A stretch of 63,449 bases of DNA, the filler included. It is 7 parts of 7 records of this genome, joined end to end, with 100 filler letters (N's around TTAATTAATTAA, not from the genome) between each part and the next. Parts side by side here need not be neighbours in the genome. Positions count along the whole stretch, not along the records: positions 58,235 to 63,449 come from DRR723986_20543; 6 more parts are not named here. One strand, written 5' to 3'. Position 1 is the stretch's first letter. Every line of letters begins with the position of its first letter. The notes under the pieces were generated by a model that saw only the letters and a list, made by a program, of their open reading frames with translations, ran no database searches and was not told the origin of the DNA. Shown here in pieces: positions 59,463-63,449 of the stretch. The translations under genes were made by a program, and so were the position numbers.

Positions 59463-60338
59463 ATGTTTACAGTTGTTTTGCTCACCTCTCCTGAAACAAG
59501 GGGGCTTGAGCCTGCCTTGGTTGAAAGCCTGCGCAACGCGTGGGGCGGCGGAGATGCGGTTTGGCTCTCACCGGATGAAGCGGCGGAGTTTAACGTGCAA
59601 ACCGCCCCTGCGAATCTCTGGGAGGTTTGGGAGACCTGCCAAGGCATGGGTGTGGATCTTGTGATGGTGCCCACCGAAGGGCGGCGCAAAAAGATGCTGT
59701 TGGCGGACATGGACAGCACGATGATCCAGCAGGAGTGCATTGATGAATTGGCGGATGAAGCAGGCGTGGGCGAGCGTGTAAAAGACATCACCGCCCGCGC
59801 GATGAACGGCGAATTGGATTTTGACGGGGCGCTCAAGGAACGGGTTGGGCTGATGGCCGGGCTGGACGCGGCGGTGATTGACAAGGTGCTGGCAGAGCGC
59901 ATCACCCTGATGCCGGGCGGCGCGGAATTGCTGGCCACGATGAAGGCGCATGGTGCATATGCGGCATTGGTTTCTGGCGGCTTCACCGCCTTTACAGCCA
60001 AGGTTGCAGGGACGCTTGGATTTGACGAAAACCGGGCAAACTCACTGCTGATCGCAGATGGCAAGCTGACTGGTGAAGTCGGCATGCCGATCCTCGGAAA
60101 ACAGGCCAAGGTCGATGCGCTGGAGCAGATTACCACGCGGCTTGGCCTGACAGAACAGGATGTGCTGGCGGTTGGTGACGGGGCCAATGATCTGGGCATG
60201 TTGACCCGCGCAGGGCTGGGCGTTGCTTTGCATGCCAAGCCGACTGTTGCCGCGCAATGTGATGTCAGGATCAATCACGGCGATCTCACCGCGCTGCTGT
60301 TTGTGCAGGGCTATAGCCGCGAGGACTTTGCGACTTAA
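59463..60338 (+). CDS. serB: Phosphoserine phosphatase
   Basis: [29 protein letters not shown]. Confidence 0.95.
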   Translation: MFTVVLLTSPETRGLEPALVESLRNAWGGGDAVWLSPDEAAEFNVQTAPANLWEVWETCQGMGVDLVMVPTEGRRKKMLLADMDSTMIQQECIDELADEAGVGERVKDITARAMNGELDFDGALKERVGLMAGLDAAVIDKVLAERITLMPGGAELLATMKAHGAYAALVSGGFTAFTAKVAGTLGFDENRANSLLIADGKLTGEVGMPILGKQAKVDALEQITTRLGLTEQDVLAVGDGANDLGMLTRAGLGVALHAKPTVAAQCDVRINHGDLTALLFVQGYSREDFAT

Positions 60339-60389
60339 CCCGGCTTTAATATTTAACGGTTCACTTAATTAACGAATCTGTTAAATTAA
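60335..60389. promoter_or_regulatory. Tandem TTAAC...TTAA palindromes, probable ArsR-family operator
   Basis: TTAACCCGGCTTTAA, TTAACGGTTCACTTAA and TTAACGAATCTGTTAA directly upstream of the ATG at 60394. Confidence 0.6.
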
Positions 60390-60393
60390 GGTC

Positions 60394-60726
60394 ATGAACA
60401 ACATGACCCGCACCTTCGCTGCCCTTGCTGATCCGACCCGCCTGACGGTGGTGGAAGAGCTGATGCAGCGCGGCGAATTGCCTGCGGGCGATCTTGTCTC
60501 ACATGTCGGCATGTCGCCGCCAGCGGTGTCGAGACATCTCAAGGTGCTGCGCGAGGCCGGTGTGGTGACACAGCGGGCGGATGGCACCAAACGATATTAC
60601 AGTGTTGCCCCGGAATCGATGCGCGCAATTGTGGATTGGACAATTGCGCACCGTAGCTTTTGGGAGGCCAGCCTTGACCGGTTGGATGCGATTTTGGCTG
60701 AGGAGGGGGGTGCGCACAATGAGTGA
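60394..60726 (+). CDS. ArsR/SmtB-family regulator
   Basis: FAALADPTRL, SPPAVSRHLKVLREAG, FWEASLDRL. Confidence 0.92.
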   Translation: MNNMTRTFAALADPTRLTVVEELMQRGELPAGDLVSHVGMSPPAVSRHLKVLREAGVVTQRADGTKRYYSVAPESMRAIVDWTIAHRSFWEASLDRLDAILAEEGGAHNE

Positions 60727-61162
60727 CATCAGACTGGAACGGGAATACCCCGTCACACAAAAACGGCTGTTCGAGGTGCTGAGCACCCAGTCCCACATCG
60801 TGCAATGGTGGGGGCATGACGGCTGGACCATGATCGAGGAACAGCTTGATTTCTCGCGCACCGGACCGTGGTTTGCCGACATGCGCAGCGAGGAAGGCAA
60901 CCGGTTCAAACTGTCCGGTCAGGTCACGCGGGTCTCACCCCATGACATCATCGGCTTCACCTGGGGCTGGCACGACGAAGACGACCAGCGCGGACCCGAA
61001 AGCCATGTCACCTTTACCATCGCCGAAACCGCCAAAGGCGCACGGCTTGTGGTGGATCACCGCGAGCTGGTCTCGGACGATATTGCAGCACAACACGAAA
61101 GAGGTTGGGGCGGCCCACTGTCACGGCTTGAACGCCTGTTGAGCATCGAAACCAAAAATTAG
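60719..61162 (+). CDS. SRPBCC/AHSA1-family protein
   Basis: IRLEREY, QWWG, FTWGW, HERGW; overlaps the ArsR stop. Confidence 0.88.
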   Translation: MSDIRLEREYPVTQKRLFEVLSTQSHIVQWWGHDGWTMIEEQLDFSRTGPWFADMRSEEGNRFKLSGQVTRVSPHDIIGFTWGWHDEDDQRGPESHVTFTIAETAKGARLVVDHRELVSDDIAAQHERGWGGPLSRLERLLSIETKN

Positions 61163-61174
61163 GAGGAGGAAATT

Positions 61175-61489
61175 ATGCCAGAATTTATGTTTGCCTATCA
61201 CGGCGGGAAAATGCCCGAGACACCCGAAGAGGGCGCCAAGGTGATGGCCGCTTGGGAGGCGTGGTACAAGGATCTGGGTGAAAGTGTTGTCCATCCCGGC
61301 AATCCCGTCGGAATGTCCAAGACGGTCAGCGCCGGCGGGATCGCCGATGATGGCGGATCGAACCCTTTGTCGGGTTTTACGATTGTCAAAGCGGACAGCA
61401 TCGAGGCGGCCTGCAAAATGGCGGCGGCCTGCCCGATGGTCGCAGATGGAAGCGGCACCGCCGAGGTTGCTCCTATCGTCGAAATGTAA
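61175..61489 (+). CDS. YciI-family protein
   Basis: MAAWEAW, GNP, LSGFTIVKADSIEAA...CP; AGGAGG RBS. Confidence 0.8.
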   Translation: MPEFMFAYHGGKMPETPEEGAKVMAAWEAWYKDLGESVVHPGNPVGMSKTVSAGGIADDGGSNPLSGFTIVKADSIEAACKMAAACPMVADGSGTAEVAPIVEM

Positions 61490-61504
61490 GGCTGGTCTGG
61501 CGGG

Positions 61505-62485
61505 TCAGATCAGGCCCGCCGCTGGTTTCAGAACACCTGTTTCAATCCCCCGCCAGTTTTTGATCGGCGCATTCAGCCGCTTCAACGTGGCGGGGTGATT
61601 GGCATCCAATACCCCCAAACGCACAAGCAAGGCCGCGATGGCACATTCCGCCGCGCGGGTGGTGCCGCAGGCCGCCTTGAGCGCGATACCCAGTTTTTGT
61701 TTAGGCAGGATCGCGATAAAGAACCCTTCGGCGCCGGTCTTGAGCGCCACTTTGCCATCCATCGCACGCATCAGTTCGGTGCAGGCCCGCCCTTCACCGG
61801 CGACCAATTCGGGGTGCAGGCGCATTGCCTGATGCAGCCGCGCCTCTGCGCTGCCATCCGCCGCATTGGCAAAATGTGCCATGGCGCGGGCCATACCATG
61901 CAGGGTGCTGGCGTAATTCGGTGCAGAACAGCCATCAATGCCAAACCCCGGCGAGGTTTCCTGCGTAACGGCCTCAAACGCCTCAAGGCAGGCACGCTGG
62001 ATCGGGTGGTCGGGGTCGACGTATTCGGCATTGCCGCCCAGATGCTGGTTCAGCGTCAGGAAACCGGAATGCTTGCCCGAGCAGTTGTTGTGGATCTGGC
62101 AGGGCTTTTCATGGGCGCGGATCAGCGCCTCTCGGGCAGGCGTGTCATTCGGTTCTTGCGGGCCGCAGCGGAAATCATCATCGCTCAGCCCAAGGGTATC
62201 AAGCCAGACAGCAACCCGGTCTGTGTGAATTGCCGCGCCTTGATGAGAGGCGCAAGATAGCGCCAATTGTTCCGTGGTCAGCCCCGCCTTGTCCGCCGCA
62301 CCGGAGGTGATCAAAGGCAAGGCCTGGATCATCTTGGAAGAGCTGCGCGGCAGGATCACCGCCTCTGGATTGCCCCATGCGTCAACGATCTGGCCAGTGC
62401 CATCGCAAATCACCGCATGCCCCGAATGCACGCTTTCGAGGAAGGGACCGCGCCAAATTTCTGCAAAGTGGGCTGGATTGGTCAT
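61505..62485 (-). CDS. L-asparaginase II (Rhizobium AnsA-type) family
   Basis: ESVHSG, PRSSSKMIQA, HNNCSGKH, DGCSAP, KTGAEG. Confidence 0.9.
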   Translation of the reverse strand: MTNPAHFAEIWRGPFLESVHSGHAVICDGTGQIVDAWGNPEAVILPRSSSKMIQALPLITSGAADKAGLTTEQLALSCASHQGAAIHTDRVAVWLDTLGLSDDDFRCGPQEPNDTPAREALIRAHEKPCQIHNNCSGKHSGFLTLNQHLGGNAEYVDPDHPIQRACLEAFEAVTQETSPGFGIDGCSAPNYASTLHGMARAMAHFANAADGSAEARLHQAMRLHPELVAGEGRACTELMRAMDGKVALKTGAEGFFIAILPKQKLGIALKAACGTTRAAECAIAALLVRLGVLDANHPATLKRLNAPIKNWRGIETGVLKPAAGLI

Positions 62486-62660
62486 GAATTCGTCCTTTTC
62501 GTGGGCGAAAACCTGCCAATCAGGCTTTCGTCGGTCGCGTGTTTGGCGTTAATATGCTTGTTGTCGAGAATATAACAGACCCAGCAAAAGAGCGATCCAC
62601 ATTAAGGTTGGCCAAGGGATCTGGATAAATTGAGGTAGAAGTCAGCTGGAGGCTGCACAG

Positions 62661-63191
62661 ATGCGAACTGGAAGAACACTTGGATATGCGTTTGGGTTTA
62701 TGGCCCTCGCCGCATTCCCCGCCACCGCGCAGGAACAAAGCACAAACCGGGTTGCCGCAAAAACCGATTGGAGCGTTTTTGTCGAAGACAATCCAACCGA
62801 ATGCTGGGGCGTTTCAACACCCAAGGAATCTGTAAACACCCGCGACGGCCGCGTTGTGGCGGTGAACCGGGGTCAAACCCTGCTTATGGTCTTTTATCGT
62901 CCCTCTGCCGGTGCAAAGGGTCAGGTTGCCTTTACCGGCGGCTATCCGTTTGCGGCCGGTTCCACAGTCAACTTGGATATCTCCGGCAACACGTTTGAGC
63001 TGTTCACCGAAGGCGAATGGGCCTGGCCAGCGACCACCGATGACGATGCCAAGATCATCACGGCGATGAAACGCGGCGCGACAGCGGTCCTTGCGGGCCG
63101 ATCCGGGCGCGGCACCAACACCAAAGATACGTTTTCTTTGCTGGGCTTTACCGCCGCTGTGGAAGACGCGGGAAAACGCTGCGGCGGGTAA
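62661..63191 (+). CDS. Invasion-associated locus B family protein
   Basis: Signal peptide; DWSVF...C, MKRG, DTFSLLGFTAA...C; upstream of rlmN. Confidence 0.82.
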   Translation: MRTGRTLGYAFGFMALAAFPATAQEQSTNRVAAKTDWSVFVEDNPTECWGVSTPKESVNTRDGRVVAVNRGQTLLMVFYRPSAGAKGQVAFTGGYPFAAGSTVNLDISGNTFELFTEGEWAWPATTDDDAKIITAMKRGATAVLAGRSGRGTNTKDTFSLLGFTAAVEDAGKRCGG

Positions 63192-63208
63192 ATCCTGTTG
63201 TGGTTTGT

Positions 63209-63244
63209 CAAAACGGCCCTGCCTGCGCGGGGCTGTTTTCTTTT
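63209..63244 (+). terminator. Intrinsic terminator
   Basis: AAAACGGCCCTGC...GCGGGGCTGTTTT followed by a T-run. Confidence 0.7.
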
Positions 63245-63299
63245 GATCCGGGCGCGATCCTCTATATAGAGGCGCATCACCCCTCATTGGAGATTCGCC

Positions 63300-63449
63300 A
63301 TGTCCGGCACTGCACCGATCACACAGGACGTCATGACCATTCCGCGCAAACTGCCGGATGGGCCAATGAACCTTGTCGGGCTGACGCGGGAAAAACTGCG
63401 CGACGTTCTGATTGCCAGCGGCACGCCTGAAAAACAGGCCAAGATGCGG
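63300..63449 (+). CDS. rlmN: 23S rRNA m2A2503 methyltransferase N-terminus (runs off window)
   Basis: Manual translation MSGTAPITQDVMTIPRKLP...NLVGLTRE...GTPEKQAKMR after GGAG; ialB-rlmN order is usual in alphaproteobacteria. Confidence 0.8.
   Translation, partial: MSGTAPITQDVMTIPRKLPDGPMNLVGLTREKLRDVLIASGTPEKQAKMR

Noticed and set aside
59306-60274. Apparent long N-terminal extension of SerC (695-aa ORF)
   Set aside because: The extension is the antisense of serB; the leader motif and homology place the start at 59305.
60365-60372. TTAATTAA resembling the contig linker
   Set aside because: No flanking Ns; it is the junction of two natural operator-like palindromes.

Overview
The window is not one locus. 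It is seven unrelated contigs joined by 100-nt spacers (N-run, TTAATTAATTAA, N-run), so nothing should be inferred across the junctions. Taxonomic labels are inferred from gene content and protein style. (1) 1-7782, Rhodobacteraceae-like: fabB/fabA, irr, LysR + PhyH dioxygenase, miaB, an OmpA protein and a lipoprotein sharing a Cys/His motif, phoH. (2) 7883-15574, gammaproteobacterial: a rubredoxin-rubredoxin reductase fusion, recG, epimerase, ridA, spoT, rpoZ, gmk. (3) 15675-21976, Rhodobacteraceae-like: gabD, gap-like, degenerate dgoK, GlxA- and GntR-family regulators, DHDPS-family lyase. (4) 22077-42676, planctomycete: DUF1501-DUF1549/1553-DUF1501, several hydrolases, a membrane-LRR protein, a ricin-trefoil protein, a frameshifted DUF952, an EHD/sarcalumenin-like dynamin with a transmembrane hairpin, a sulfatase, a PVC heme protein, and palindromic repeats at both ends. 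(5) 42777-48850, alphaproteobacterial (Hyphomonadaceae-like): rpoB-rplL-rplJ-rplA, with a CadC-like wHTH-TM-TPR regulator and a UrcA-like gene inserted between rplA and rplJ. (6) 48951-58134, probably Bacteroidota/Kapabacteria-like: VWA-OmpA-SPOR lipoprotein, N-terminally truncated clpB, plsY-gpsA, purB, tsaB, and the 5' end of a group II intron with a visible EBS1-IBS1 match. (7) 58235-63449, Rhodobacteraceae-like: serC with its leader, serB, ArsR-SRPBCC-YciI, asparaginase II, ialB, rlmN. Strongest leads: the planctomycete EHD-like dynamin, the CadC-like/UrcA-like module with 11-bp phased repeats, the group II intron, the half-ClpB, the rubredoxin fusion and the OmpA/lipoprotein pair.
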